Part shown: one piece after another, positions 19,381 through 30,149 of the stretch
Layout: the number at the start of each line of letters is the position of its first letter
Numbering within the stretch: the stretch's first letter is position 1
DNA from: an uncultured Oscillospiraceae bacterium
GTDB lineage: Bacteria > Bacillota > Clostridia > Oscillospirales > Ruminococcaceae
Assembly (NCBI GenBank): GCA_965141735.1
Contig: CBCSOX010000001.1
Coordinates: 1-62,912 of the forward strand
DNA: 62,912 bases
Direction of reading: 5' to 3'
The notes under the pieces: model-generated
What the model was told of the DNA's origin: nothing
Seen by the model: the letters and a program-made list of their open reading frames with translations, nothing else
Databases searched by the model: none
Program-made: the position numbers and the translations under genes

Positions 19381-20391
19381 ATGACAAAGATTCATTTTAG
19401 CATTATCGTGCCTGTCTACAAGGTAGAGGAATATCTGCCCACCTGTGTGGAACACCTGATGGCGCAGGAATTCTCTGGTTTTGAGGTGATCCTGGTGGAC
19501 GACGGCTCGCCCGACCGCTGCCCCCAGCTCTGCGACGAATACGCGCGCAGCGAGGAGCGCGTCCGGGTGGTGCACAAGCCAAACGGCGGCTCGTCGAGCG
19601 CCCGAAACGCGGGGCTCGCGCACGCCGAGGGGGAGTACGTCATTTTCCTTGACAGTGACGACTACTGGGAGGGGGAGAACTGCCTCAGTTCCCTCTTCTC
19701 CGCCCTCCCGCAGTCCGGTCCCCCCGCAGACGTTGTCCTGTTTGGCTGCAAGGATTACAACTGCAAAACCGGACAGATGAGCGTTGTCCGGGACGGCTAC
19801 GACCTCGCGCTGCTCGCCTCAGCCGGAAGGGACGAGGCGCTGCGTTACCTCTTTGCGTCCGGCCTGTTTCCGGGAGCGGCCTGGATCGTCGCGGTGCGCA
19901 GGGAACTGCTGCTGCGCCACAGCATCACCTTTCAGGAGGGGATCAAAGGGGAGGACTACGACTGGCTGCTCAACGTCTTTGTGCACGCCGAAGTGTTCCG
20001 GGCGGTGAATCACCCCTTTTACATCTATCTCAAATACCGGACGGACTCCGTCACCGGAAAGCCTGATCTGAGCAGCATTCAGGGGCTGCTCTTCACGGTG
20101 GACAAGTGGGAAAAGCGGATGCGGCAGCGAGAATTTGCTTCGATTCGCGACGGGGTGACGGCTTACCTCGCCTACATCCTCGCCACCGCGTTTGTGACGA
20201 TGAGCAAGATGGGGCGGGACGACCGCGCCCAGGCGGTCCGGCTAGTGAAGCCCTATTTTCACATCCTGCGGTGCGGGACGGACCGCAAATCCAAGATGGT
20301 GAGCCGGATGCTGCGGCTCTTGGGCAGCCGGATCACCATCCAGCTGTGCGGGGCCTACTATAAAAACAGAATGAATGCGAGAGAACAATGA
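19381..20391 (+). CDS. GT2 glycosyltransferase
   Basis: SIIVPVYK, VDDGSPD, FLDSDD. Confidence 0.9.
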   Translation: MTKIHFSIIVPVYKVEEYLPTCVEHLMAQEFSGFEVILVDDGSPDRCPQLCDEYARSEERVRVVHKPNGGSSSARNAGLAHAEGEYVIFLDSDDYWEGENCLSSLFSALPQSGPPADVVLFGCKDYNCKTGQMSVVRDGYDLALLASAGRDEALRYLFASGLFPGAAWIVAVRRELLLRHSITFQEGIKGEDYDWLLNVFVHAEVFRAVNHPFYIYLKYRTDSVTGKPDLSSIQGLLFTVDKWEKRMRQREFASIRDGVTAYLAYILATAFVTMSKMGRDDRAQAVRLVKPYFHILRCGTDRKSKMVSRMLRLLGSRITIQLCGAYYKNRMNAREQ

Positions 20392-21686
20392 AAATCTTAG
20401 TGTTGTCCGCCGAGGTATGGCGGGATGATCAAAACGGAGGGAATGTCCTTTCCAATATCTTCCGCGGGATGGACGCCGAGTTTGCCCAGGTCTTCTGCAA
20501 CCCGGGGCAGCCCTCCAACACCATTTGCAGGCGGTACTACCAGCTGACCGACAGCATGATGCTCTCCGGCCTGTTTCAAAAAGGGGTTGCAGGCAGGCTG
20601 CTCGAATACGACGAATATCCGCAGGACGGGGCCGCCCCCGCCTTGGCGCAGACGGAGAACCGCACCTTTTATTCCTTTTTCCGCAGGTTCCGGCTGGAAA
20701 GCTTTGTCGTCGCCAAAGAGCTGCTGTGGAGAATGGCGCGGTGGGACACCCCCCAGCTGCGGGAGTTCATCACCTCGTTTGACCCGGACATCATCTTTGC
20801 CCCCTGCTACGCGAGCCAGGCGATGCTGCGGCTGACCCGCATCGCCGCCTCTGTGACGGGAAAACCGGTGGTGTCCTACATTTCAGACGACAACTACACC
20901 CTCAGCCAGTTCCGCCTCTCCCCGGTCTACTGGGGGAACCGGCTGGCGCTGAGGCGGCAGATGCGCAAGACCTTTCCGCTTTACAGCTTTGTGTACACCA
21001 TGACCCGGGAACAGAAGCTGCAGTGCGAGCGGGATTTTCACGCGGACATGCGGCTGCTCTGCAAGAGCGGCGATTTTAGCAAGGGGTTCGACGGGGGCGA
21101 GGCGCACCAGCCGATCCGGATGGTGTACGCGGGAAGCGTGTACCAAAACCGTTGGAAAACGCTTGCAAAGATCGCCGACGCGCTCGCGCAGATCAACCAG
21201 GGCGGCAGCAGGATGGTGCTCGACATTTACACCGGCAGCGCGCTGAGCACCCGCCAGCGCAAAAAACTCGCCGGGGGCGGCAGCGTTACCCTGCACCCGG
21301 TCGTGGATTCCGCCACCCTCAAGCAGATCTATGCGCAAAGCGACCTCGCGCTGCACGTCGAGTCGTTTCAGCTCAAAAACCGGCTTGCGGTCCGGCTCTC
21401 CTTTTCGACAAAAATCATCGACTGCCTTGACAGCGGCTGCGCCGTCCTGGCGGTGTGCGATGAAAAACAGGGCGGTTATTCCTATTTAAAACGGGAGGAC
21501 GCCGCCCTGTGCATCGGCAGCCCGGACCGGATTCTGCCCTGTTTGCAGCAGATTGCGCAGCAGCCGCAGGTCATCGGGGAATACCGGAAAAAAGCGGTGG
21601 ACTGCGGCAGGCGCAACCATCTGAGAGAAACGATTGAACGCCAGATACAGGGTGATTTTAACCGATTACTGGAGCAAACGAAATGA
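20388..21686 (+). CDS. Putative GT-B glycosyltransferase
   Basis: MVYAGS, LHVESF...SFSTKIIDCL.SG, operon context. Confidence 0.7.
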   Translation: MKILVLSAEVWRDDQNGGNVLSNIFRGMDAEFAQVFCNPGQPSNTICRRYYQLTDSMMLSGLFQKGVAGRLLEYDEYPQDGAAPALAQTENRTFYSFFRRFRLESFVVAKELLWRMARWDTPQLREFITSFDPDIIFAPCYASQAMLRLTRIAASVTGKPVVSYISDDNYTLSQFRLSPVYWGNRLALRRQMRKTFPLYSFVYTMTREQKLQCERDFHADMRLLCKSGDFSKGFDGGEAHQPIRMVYAGSVYQNRWKTLAKIADALAQINQGGSRMVLDIYTGSALSTRQRKKLAGGGSVTLHPVVDSATLKQIYAQSDLALHVESFQLKNRLAVRLSFSTKIIDCLDSGCAVLAVCDEKQGGYSYLKREDAALCIGSPDRILPCLQQIAQQPQVIGEYRKKAVDCGRRNHLRETIERQIQGDFNRLLEQTK

Positions 21687-22900
21687 AAGTGATGCAAATT
21701 AACACCGTGGCGGACGCCGGGAGCACCGGCCGGCTGGTGCGCCAGCTCGCCGACGAGCTGCGCCGGCAAGGGCACAGCTGCCTCACCGCCTATTCGGGCG
21801 GATCTTCCTCCGATCCAGACAGCTTTCGGTTCGGCAGGGGCGCGGGGCAGAAATGCCACGCCCTGCTCTCCCGGCTGACCGGGCTGCAGGGGCATTTCTC
21901 CCACTTTGCTACCGCCTCGCTGCTGCGGCGCATCGCGCGGGAAGCCCCTGATGTCGTCCATCTGCACAATCTGCACAGCAACAACATTCATCTGCCCATG
22001 CTGCTGCGCTTTTTGGGCAGTCGGGATATCCCGACTGTCATCACCCTGCACGACTGCTGGTTTTACACCGGAAAGTGCTGCCACTACACCGCTCAGGGCT
22101 GCGGGAAGTGGCAAACGGAGTGCGGGGAGTGCCCCCTGCTGCGGGCGGACAACCCGAGCTGGCTGTTTGACTGCACCCGCCGGCTGCACCGGGAAAAAAA
22201 GCGGCTGTTCCAGGCCATCCCCCGCCTCGGCGTGGTGGGTGTGTCCCGTTGGATCACCCAAGAGGCGGGCCGGTCATTTCTCCAGTCCGCCGCCCTGATC
22301 GAACCGATCTACAACTGGGTGGACTTCTCTCAGTTTTACCCCCGGGAGGTGGAGCCCTCCTGTCCTGACAAAATTTCCGCGCTGAGCGTGGCCTCGGAGT
22401 GGTCCGACCTCAAGGGCCTGGGGGATCTGCTGCAGCTCGCCGAACTGCTCGAGGAGGAGATGGAGTTGTTGCTCGTCGGCGCGCTTCCGCCGCAGGCCGG
22501 GCCTTTGCCGCAAAACGTGCGGCACGTCGAGCGCCTCCACTCCCCCGAAGAACTTGCACAGGCGTATTCCGAAGCGGACGTCTATCTCAATTTGTCCCGG
22601 CAGGAAACTTTTGGACTGGTGTCAGCCGAGGCGCTCGCCTGCGGCACCCCCCTCGTCGCCTACCGGGCCACGGCCAACCCCGAGCTGGTGGGTGAGGGCT
22701 GCGGGCAGGTTGTGGCGGCAGGGGATGTGCAGGGTGCTGCAGAGTGTGTCAGACAGGTCCGCCGACGGGGGAAGCAGGCCTATTCCCCCCACTGCCTCGC
22801 GTTTGCCCGCGAGCAGTTTGACGCTCAGACAAACCTGCGCAAGCAGATTGATTTTTATGAAAGGTTGCTGCGCACGCAGCCGTTGAAAAAACAGCCATGA
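21683..22900 (+). CDS. GT4 glycosyltransferase
   Basis: HLHNLH, TLHDCW..TG.C, ETFGLVSAEALACGTP. Confidence 0.9.
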   Translation: MKVMQINTVADAGSTGRLVRQLADELRRQGHSCLTAYSGGSSSDPDSFRFGRGAGQKCHALLSRLTGLQGHFSHFATASLLRRIAREAPDVVHLHNLHSNNIHLPMLLRFLGSRDIPTVITLHDCWFYTGKCCHYTAQGCGKWQTECGECPLLRADNPSWLFDCTRRLHREKKRLFQAIPRLGVVGVSRWITQEAGRSFLQSAALIEPIYNWVDFSQFYPREVEPSCPDKISALSVASEWSDLKGLGDLLQLAELLEEEMELLLVGALPPQAGPLPQNVRHVERLHSPEELAQAYSEADVYLNLSRQETFGLVSAEALACGTPLVAYRATANPELVGEGCGQVVAAGDVQGAAECVRQVRRRGKQAYSPHCLAFAREQFDAQTNLRKQIDFYERLLRTQPLKKQP

Positions 22901-24006
22901 TGTATTTTATCAACCTATTTCTGCTCATCGCCGAAGGGATGTTTTTCCTTCTCTACCTGCCGCAGAAGCGCAGCCAAACGGCCCCCCTGGGCGCGGCTCA
23001 GCCGTCGGCAAGAGGCTATGTCAAGGTGTTCTGCGTGTTGGCCAGCCTGCAGTGGATTTTGCTCTCCGGTCTGCGTCACCTCACGATCGGCGCAGATACC
23101 TACGAGTATGTCAGCAGCTTCCATCGGGCCAAAGCGGTCTCCTGGCAGAGCTTGTGGACAAACTTCACCGACGTCCTGTTCAAAGGGGTGGAGGGGAAGG
23201 ACCCTGGATTTTCCTTTTTTGAAAAATTCTGCAACACTGTTTTGGGGGATCAGGCGCAGCTCTATCTGCTGCTGATTGCGCTGCTGTTCTTCATCCCCAT
23301 GGGGTATTTTGTCTACAAGTATTCGGCGGAGCCCTTTACGAGTTTTCTGCTGTTTTCCTGCCTCTTTTACGCTTTTTTTGCCATCACCGGCATCCGGCAG
23401 ACGATTGCGACCGCCTTTTCGGTGCTCGTGGGGTACCACTTTGTGGTCAAGCGCAAATTCCTGCCGTTTTTGCTGCTCATCCTGCTGATGGCTACGGTGC
23501 ACAAGTCCTGTCTGGTGTTTTTGATCTTTTATTTTATCGCGAACAAAAAGCTGACAAAGCCCTACTGCGCGGTCATGCTCGCGCTGATCCCGATTGTCTT
23601 TTTGTTCAAGACCCAAATCAAGGTGTTCTTTGTCCAGCTCACCGGCTATGAGGATTACCTGAAAAATTTCGAGGGCGCCGGCACCTACACCTTTACCCTG
23701 GTGCTGATCCTGGTGCTGATCGTCGCCCTCTGGAGGAAAAACGCAATTTTGGAGCGCAACCCACAGGCTGTTCACTACTTTAACGCCCTGTTTTTGGCCG
23801 CTGTAATCGTCCCCATCACCTTTGTCAACCCTTCGGCGATGCGGGTGGTGCAGTATTTCTCCATCTTTCTGATGCTGCTGATCCCCGAGATAATCCTTTC
23901 GTTCAAAGAAAAGGAGAGGCCGTTTGTCCTCGTCCTCATCGCAACGGTGCTGATTGTCCTGTTTGCCAGGACAAATCCCACCTATCTATTCTTTTGGCAG
24001 AGGTGA
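22897..24006 (+). CDS. EpsG-family membrane protein (probable Wzy polymerase)
   Basis: GLR...IGADT..Y, IRQTIA, HKS, many TM segments. Confidence 0.85.
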   Translation: MMYFINLFLLIAEGMFFLLYLPQKRSQTAPLGAAQPSARGYVKVFCVLASLQWILLSGLRHLTIGADTYEYVSSFHRAKAVSWQSLWTNFTDVLFKGVEGKDPGFSFFEKFCNTVLGDQAQLYLLLIALLFFIPMGYFVYKYSAEPFTSFLLFSCLFYAFFAITGIRQTIATAFSVLVGYHFVVKRKFLPFLLLILLMATVHKSCLVFLIFYFIANKKLTKPYCAVMLALIPIVFLFKTQIKVFFVQLTGYEDYLKNFEGAGTYTFTLVLILVLIVALWRKNAILERNPQAVHYFNALFLAAVIVPITFVNPSAMRVVQYFSIFLMLLIPEIILSFKEKERPFVLVLIATVLIVLFARTNPTYLFFWQR

Positions 24007-24010
24007 TTGT

Positions 24011-24913
24011 TTGGTTTCGAAAATAGGTACAGTCGTCCTGAATTATTTGAATTATCGTGACACGATCGACTGCGTTGCGTCGCTGCTCAAACAGCGGTAC
24101 TCCAACCACGCGATTGTCGTTGTGGAAAATGGCTCGGATAATGAGTCGTGGGAGGTTCTTACCGGTAAATTCAGCGGGAACCCCCGCATCACCCTTCTCA
24201 GAAATCCTGTTAACCTCGGTTTTGCGCGGGGCAACAACACCGGCATTGTCTACGCGAGAGAGGTCTTAGGGTGCGATTATGTATTTGTGCTCAACAGCGA
24301 CACCCTAGTGCCGGAAAATCTGTTTTGTCAGGTACTGAATGCCGCCCGGGAGGAGGTAGGAGTCATCTCCCCCACCGTCCACCGCGTGGATGGGAGCTAC
24401 CAGCTCCCCGCGGAAAACAGCGACGACATTGTCAGGCGGATACGGTTTGTCATTGTGCATATCGCGCTCGCTAAGCTCCTGCAGCTGCCAGGGATCCGCC
24501 GCTGGTACGCCAAGAGGCAGAAGGCGGCGCCCTCTGCCTCCCCCGGCCCGTTGGGTCCGCTCGAGTGGAAGCGCTTTGTGCTGCAGGGCTGTTCCTACTT
24601 TTTAACCCCCTCTTTTTTTCAATATTACTCCTGCCTTTATCCGCGGACGTTTTTATATTGGGAAGAGATCAATTTGCTGATGTATCTGCACAAGGCGGGG
24701 CTTCAATCGGTTTTGGTTGAGACAGATCCTGTGATTCACAAGGAGATGGGGGCGACCAAAGAGGCGTATCGGGATGAGGAGCTTGAAAAAAAGCGCCTCA
24801 AGCTGTCAGTAAGCAGTATGTGGAAATCCATACCCATGTTCTTTCAGCCCTATTCGAAAATCAAGAAAAACTACAGTGTCTGCAAAGGAGAGTCGTATGA
24901 GCAATCCATATAA
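24011..24913 (+). CDS. GT2 glycosyltransferase
   Basis: VVLNY, VENGS, NLGFARGNN, LNSD, FLYWEE. Start taken as TTG after GAGGTG. Confidence 0.85.
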   Translation: MVSKIGTVVLNYLNYRDTIDCVASLLKQRYSNHAIVVVENGSDNESWEVLTGKFSGNPRITLLRNPVNLGFARGNNTGIVYAREVLGCDYVFVLNSDTLVPENLFCQVLNAAREEVGVISPTVHRVDGSYQLPAENSDDIVRRIRFVIVHIALAKLLQLPGIRRWYAKRQKAAPSASPGPLGPLEWKRFVLQGCSYFLTPSFFQYYSCLYPRTFLYWEEINLLMYLHKAGLQSVLVETDPVIHKEMGATKEAYRDEELEKKRLKLSVSSMWKSIPMFFQPYSKIKKNYSVCKGESYEQSI

Positions 24914-25913
24914 ATCAACCGTTCCGGTCATGATGGTGTTTTTCAACCGCCCCGAGCCGCTCAAACAGGTGTTTGAGGCGGTGCGCAGGGCGCGGCCGCA
25001 AAAGCTGTTTTTGGTGCAGGACGGAGCGCGGGAAAACCGCCCCGGAGACGCCAAAAACATCCTCAAATGCCGGGAAGTCGTCTCTCAGGTCGACTGGGAG
25101 TGCGAGGTGCACACCAATTACTCCGAGGAAAACCTCGGCTGCGGCATGCGGATATACTCCGGCATCTCCTGGTGCTTTGAACAGGTGGACCGACTGATGA
25201 TTCTCGAGGACGACTGTGTCCCCGCGCAGGATTTTTTCCCCTTCTGCGAAGAGGTGCTCGAGAGATACCAGGATGATCAGCGGGTCAACCAGATCTGCGG
25301 CATGAACCACCTCGGCGAGTACGACAAGACGGACAACAGCTATTTCTTTTCCCACATGGGCTCCTGCTGGGGCTGGGCCACCTGGAAACGGGTGTGGGAC
25401 CAGATGGAGTACAACATGGAGTTTATGCAGGATCAGGAGGCGATGCGCAACATCAGCCGGATGCCCTACCCGCCCGGGGAGGGCAAAACTCTGGTCCAAA
25501 CAGCGCAGGAGCGCTACCGCATTTTAAAGAGCGGAGGAAAACTGACCGCATGGACCATGCAGTTCGGCTTTGCGCGGTATTTGCAGTCCCAGCTGCTCAT
25601 CATCCCCCGGAAAAATCTGATCCAAAACGTCGGCCTCACCCAGGACAGCGCTCACGCGGTCAACTCGATCCGCAAAATACCCAAGCATTTGCAGCCGGTG
25701 TTTTTCGGCAAGCACCACAGCGTGCAGTTTCCGCTCAAGCACCCGAAATACATGATCGCCGACACCGACTACGCCGACGCGGTGATCAAGATCATGAAGG
25801 GCAACCTGCTGCAAAAGGCGGAAGGGCTCGCGCGCAGGGTGGTCTTCTCCGACAAGGGGGAGATTGCGGCCATGGTCAAAAAGATTCCAAAAAAACTCTC
25901 CGGCAAGAGATAG
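24897..25913 (+). CDS. GT-A fold nucleotide-diphospho-sugar transferase
   Basis: FNRPE, QDG.R, NLGCG, ILEDDC, WGWATW. Confidence 0.85.
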   Translation: MSNPYKSTVPVMMVFFNRPEPLKQVFEAVRRARPQKLFLVQDGARENRPGDAKNILKCREVVSQVDWECEVHTNYSEENLGCGMRIYSGISWCFEQVDRLMILEDDCVPAQDFFPFCEEVLERYQDDQRVNQICGMNHLGEYDKTDNSYFFSHMGSCWGWATWKRVWDQMEYNMEFMQDQEAMRNISRMPYPPGEGKTLVQTAQERYRILKSGGKLTAWTMQFGFARYLQSQLLIIPRKNLIQNVGLTQDSAHAVNSIRKIPKHLQPVFFGKHHSVQFPLKHPKYMIADTDYADAVIKIMKGNLLQKAEGLARRVVFSDKGEIAAMVKKIPKKLSGKR

Positions 25914-26269
25914 GCTGCGCCGCCGCATCAGCTTGGCTGGCAGCGGGGGATCCCCCGCTGCACGGCGAATAGGCGCTGTCCGGCGGCCGCTGCAAAAAGG
26001 GGCGGGCTTCGGAGGCGGTTTGACCCTGCCAAAAAAGTGTTTCATCCCTGCGGGATCCCGCGCATACGAGACGGCTTTGCCTTTTCTGCGCATCCACGCC
26101 GTTGGCATCCAGCGCCTGTCAGCCGGCAGGGGACAAATCATGTTGCATGAACTGCCGGATACCCTTAGAAAGACCGTCTTTCTCCGACAGGTTTACCGGT
26201 ATCCAGCCCAAAATAGCAAAAGGGAGATTTTAAATGAACTCAGCATCGAATAGAGGGAAAGGGGACGCC

Positions 26270-27367
26270 ATGAAGATTGGAATTGTCACCAAGCACAACA
26301 GCATCAATTACGGTGCGGTTTTGCAGGCCTACGCGCTGCAGCAGTTTTTGCAGGCAGAGCAGATCGCGTCGGAAATCATTGATTTTGGAGAGAGGACGGT
26401 TTCCGTGCGGCGCGGCCGCCCGTCCAGCCCCCGTGCGCTGCTCGATTTTGCAGTCACGGCGGCGCACTGGCGCGCGCTCGAAACCTCCCTGGCGCGGTTC
26501 AATTCCTTTCTGGACGACAACATGACACTGACCCGCCGTTTCCACACCGAACAGGAGCTGGAAGAGCAGTACAGCCAGCCGGAAATCCTGCTGTCGGGAA
26601 GCGACCAAGTGTTTCATCCGCTGCAGCTCACCCCGCGGTACTACCTGCGCTTTGCCCGGCCGGAAACGGTGCGGGCCTCCTACGCCGCCAGCATGGGGGT
26701 GACCGCAATCCCCCCGCAGAACCGGGAGCGCTATCTGGACGCGCTGCAGCAATTTGATTTTCTCTCTGTGCGGGAAAAGACGGCGCAGCAGCTGCTGCAA
26801 AACGAGCTCTCCCGCCCGGTTTCGGTGCACATCGACCCGATTTTTCTGCCGGAGCAGTGGGAGTCGGTGGAACGCCCGGCGGACCCGGGGTTTCGCTACA
26901 TTCTCTGCTATCTGCTCTACCGACCCAAATGGATCAACGAATACCTGCGGGCGCTCAAAAAGAAGCTGGGGCTCAAGACCGTCCTGATCGACCTGACCGG
27001 GAGTTACCGGGGAATCTACTGTGACAAAACGGTCCGGGACGCGGGGCCGCAGGAGTTTTTGTGGCTGTTTCAGCACGCTGAATACGTGGTCACCTCCTCG
27101 TTTCACGGCGCCGCCTTTTCGATCCGGATGCAAAAGCCGTTCAGCGCGCTTGTCAACCCCAGCGCCCCGATGCGCATCAGCGACCTGCTCGCCACCTTTG
27201 GCCTGGAGCACCGCAGGCTGGACGCCTGCCCCGCGGACAGCTTTCCCCCCGCGGACGGGGAGGATTTGCAGGGCGTCCCGTCGGTCATCCGCAGCCAGCG
27301 GGAAAAGGCGCGGCAGTATGTTGAGCAGATCACCGCAGAGGCGGAAAAAAGGAGGCGTTTACAGTGA
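26270..27367 (+). CDS. Polysaccharide pyruvyltransferase family protein
   Basis: NYGAVLQAYAL, GSDQV, SVRE, SSFHG. Confidence 0.9.
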   Translation: MKIGIVTKHNSINYGAVLQAYALQQFLQAEQIASEIIDFGERTVSVRRGRPSSPRALLDFAVTAAHWRALETSLARFNSFLDDNMTLTRRFHTEQELEEQYSQPEILLSGSDQVFHPLQLTPRYYLRFARPETVRASYAASMGVTAIPPQNRERYLDALQQFDFLSVREKTAQQLLQNELSRPVSVHIDPIFLPEQWESVERPADPGFRYILCYLLYRPKWINEYLRALKKKLGLKTVLIDLTGSYRGIYCDKTVRDAGPQEFLWLFQHAEYVVTSSFHGAAFSIRMQKPFSALVNPSAPMRISDLLATFGLEHRRLDACPADSFPPADGEDLQGVPSVIRSQREKARQYVEQITAEAEKRRRLQ

Positions 27368-28506
27368 GCATCACCCATGTGGATCCAAACCTGTGCACCG
27401 GGTGTTCAGCCTGCGCGGCTGTCTGCCCCAAGCGCTGCATTCAACTGGAGCAAAATGAGGAGGGGTTTGTCTACCCCAAAGTGGACCAGTCGCTCTGCGT
27501 CGAATGCGGGCTGTGCGAAAAGGTCTGCCCGGCCCTTGAGGGGCAGCTGGAACAGAGCAGGGTGCAGCAGGTGTTCTATGGCTGGCACCGGGAGGACAGC
27601 GTCCGGCTCGCAAGCTCCTCGGGAGGGGTGTACTCCGGCCTGGCTCAGCGGGTGCTCGAGCAGGGGGGCAGGGTATTCGGCTCGGTGTTTGACCCCGAAA
27701 AACGCCGCGCCGTCCACAGTTCCTCCGCGCAGGGGGATTACGCGCTGCAGCGCAAGAGCAAATACGTTGAGAGCGCGCTGGAGGACACCTTCCGCCAGGC
27801 AAAGTCTGCGCTCGAGAGCGGCGTCCCCGTTCTCTTTTCAGGAGCCCCCTGCCAGATTTACGGACTCTACAACTACCTCAGCAAGGAGTACCCCAATCTG
27901 GTGACCTGTGATTTTATCTGCGGCGGGGTAAACTCCAACCGGGTGTTTCAGGATTACTTGGACGGGCTGGAACGCAGGTACGGCGCAAAGGTGAAAAACG
28001 TCGATTTCCGCTCCAAAAAATACGGGTGGTCCACCCACAGCATCCGGGTGGAGCTGCAAAATGGCAGGCAGTACAACTCCCATTATTACACAGACCCCTT
28101 TTTCCACGGTTTTTTTGACCACTGTTTCCTGCGCAAATGCTGCTACCAGTGTCGTTTTAAAAACGCGCACCGGGCCGACATCACCCTTGCGGACTACTGG
28201 CGCTACCGGGATGTGGAGGGCCTGCGCAACGATGAGCTGGGGATCAGCCTGGTGTCCGCCAACAGCAGGGCGGCCGCGGAGTGGCTGCAGGGCTGCGCTG
28301 CCCTGCAGCTGACCGAAATCAGCCCGGAGCACGCGGCCTACAACTACCGGCCGGCAGAGCTTGACCAAAACGCGCTCAGGAGGAGAGAGCAGTTCTTTTC
28401 CCTCTATCAGCGGGAGGGATTCTCAACTGCCGCCAAAAAGACCTATCTGAAAAAGACGGGGATCTTCCGGCTGAAATTTTGGCTGAAAAGGAAACTGGGC
28501 CGTTAG
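27364..28506 (+). CDS. 4Fe-4S / F420 hydrogenase beta-subunit-like protein of polysaccharide loci
   Basis: Two CxxCxxCxxxCP motifs, SSSGG, SKYV.S, G.PCQ, DITLADYW. Confidence 0.88.
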   Translation: MSITHVDPNLCTGCSACAAVCPKRCIQLEQNEEGFVYPKVDQSLCVECGLCEKVCPALEGQLEQSRVQQVFYGWHREDSVRLASSSGGVYSGLAQRVLEQGGRVFGSVFDPEKRRAVHSSSAQGDYALQRKSKYVESALEDTFRQAKSALESGVPVLFSGAPCQIYGLYNYLSKEYPNLVTCDFICGGVNSNRVFQDYLDGLERRYGAKVKNVDFRSKKYGWSTHSIRVELQNGRQYNSHYYTDPFFHGFFDHCFLRKCCYQCRFKNAHRADITLADYWRYRDVEGLRNDELGISLVSANSRAAAEWLQGCAALQLTEISPEHAAYNYRPAELDQNALRRREQFFSLYQREGFSTAAKKTYLKKTGIFRLKFWLKRKLGR

Positions 28507-28601
28507 GAGCATCCTTCGGCCCCGCGCGGGGAACCTGCACCGCTCGAAAGAGGGACGCACAGGCCGCGCATCCGGTTCCCGTTACACTGAGGAGTAAAAA
28601 C

Positions 28602-30146
28602 ATGAATTCAAATCAAAACAATGCGGGCAGGCAGCTCAAGCTCGGGGCGCTGCTGTCCTATTTTGGGATTGGCTTTAACATCCTGGCCGGGCTGATTTAC
28701 ACCCCCTGGATGATCGGCCAGATCGGGCAGAGCGATTATGGACTCTACTCCCTCGCCCTCTCGTTTATCAGTTATTTTGTAATGGATTTCGGGCTGGGGA
28801 GCGCGATTTCCCGGTTTCTCTCCAAGAGCAGGGCAACCAACGACGAGGAGGAAATTCAAAATTTCCTCGGGCTCATCTACAAGCTCTATCTGGTCATCGC
28901 CTGTGTGATCCTCACAGCGCTCATTGTCTTTTTCTTTTTTATCCAGACAATTTTTGTGCAGCTCACCCCACAGGAGATCGAAAAATTCCGGGTCATCTAC
29001 ATCATTTCAGGTCTGTTCAGCGTGGTCTCCTTCCCGTTTATCCCGCTCAACGGCATCCTGATCTCCTACGAGCAGTTTATCCCCCTCAAGCTGTGCGACA
29101 TGCTCAACAAGGTGCTCACCATTGTTTTCATGGTCGTCTCCCTCCTGCTCGGTTACGGGCTGTACGCCCTGGTCATTGTCAACGCTGTAGTGGGTCTGAT
29201 CTGCATCGTCATCAAGCTGTATGTGATCCGCAAGCGGGTCAACCTCAAGATCAACTGGAAATTCTGGGACGGGAAACTCCTCAAGACGGTCTTTTCGTTT
29301 TCCATCTGGATCACCATCATCGGCATCGCCCAGCAGCTGCTGGTCAACATCACCCCCTCGGTGCTCGCGATCACCTCGGGCACCATCGCGATTTCGGTCT
29401 TTACCGCCGGAAAAACCATACAGGGCTATACCTGGAGCTTTTCCAACGCCCTCAACGGCATGTTCATGCCCAGCGTCTCCCGCATGGACGCGAACGACGA
29501 CAAGGAGGGGATTGACCGGCTGATGATCAAGGTCGGCAGGATCCAGCTGCTGATCATCGGGCTGATCGTCACCGCGTTTGTGGTGCTCGGCAACAATTTC
29601 ATCCTGCTCTGGCTCGGGGAAGGGTTTCAGGACGCCTACTGGGTCGCCGTGCTGCTCATCCTCCCAAGCCTTGTGACGGTGACGCAGGAAATTGCAAACA
29701 CCAAGCTGTATGTGGTCAACGAGGTCAAATACCGGGCGACATTTTTCATCCTCGCCTCGGTGCTGAGCGTGGTCATTTCCTTCCTCCTCTCCCCGAAATT
29801 CGGCGCAGTCGGCTCCTCGGTCGGCATCTTCCTCGCTCTGGTGCTCTGCCATGTGGTGGCGATGAACGTCGTTTACCACCGGGTGCTCAAAATCAATGTG
29901 ATCCGCTTTTTCCGGGAGTGCCACGCAAAGATGCTGATCCCTCAGCTGGTCTGCATCGCGTTCGGGCTGTTTCTCGGCTGGCTGTTCCCCCGCGGCTCCT
30001 GGCTGTTCCTCCTCCTTCAGGGAGGGCTGTACGTGCTGTTCTACGTGGCGGTGATGTGGCTTTCGGTGCTGACAAAAGAGGAAAAGAAACTGTTTTTGCA
30101 GCCGTTTGAGGTGCTGCTCCAAATGATTCGAAAGAGAAAGGGATAA
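28602..30146 (+). CDS. wzx: Wzx flippase
   Basis: About 14 TM segments, YGLYSL...DFG near the N-terminus, RBS GAGGAG. Confidence 0.85.
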   Translation: MNSNQNNAGRQLKLGALLSYFGIGFNILAGLIYTPWMIGQIGQSDYGLYSLALSFISYFVMDFGLGSAISRFLSKSRATNDEEEIQNFLGLIYKLYLVIACVILTALIVFFFFIQTIFVQLTPQEIEKFRVIYIISGLFSVVSFPFIPLNGILISYEQFIPLKLCDMLNKVLTIVFMVVSLLLGYGLYALVIVNAVVGLICIVIKLYVIRKRVNLKINWKFWDGKLLKTVFSFSIWITIIGIAQQLLVNITPSVLAITSGTIAISVFTAGKTIQGYTWSFSNALNGMFMPSVSRMDANDDKEGIDRLMIKVGRIQLLIIGLIVTAFVVLGNNFILLWLGEGFQDAYWVAVLLILPSLVTVTQEIANTKLYVVNEVKYRATFFILASVLSVVISFLLSPKFGAVGSSVGIFLALVLCHVVAMNVVYHRVLKINVIRFFRECHAKMLIPQLVCIAFGLFLGWLFPRGSWLFLLLQGGLYVLFYVAVMWLSVLTKEEKKLFLQPFEVLLQMIRKRKG

Positions 30147-30149
30147 ATT

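Noticed and set aside
27364..28506. Methanogen-type F420 hydrogenase function
   Set aside because: This domain commonly accompanies pyruvyltransferases in polysaccharide loci, and no other hydrogenase subunits are present.
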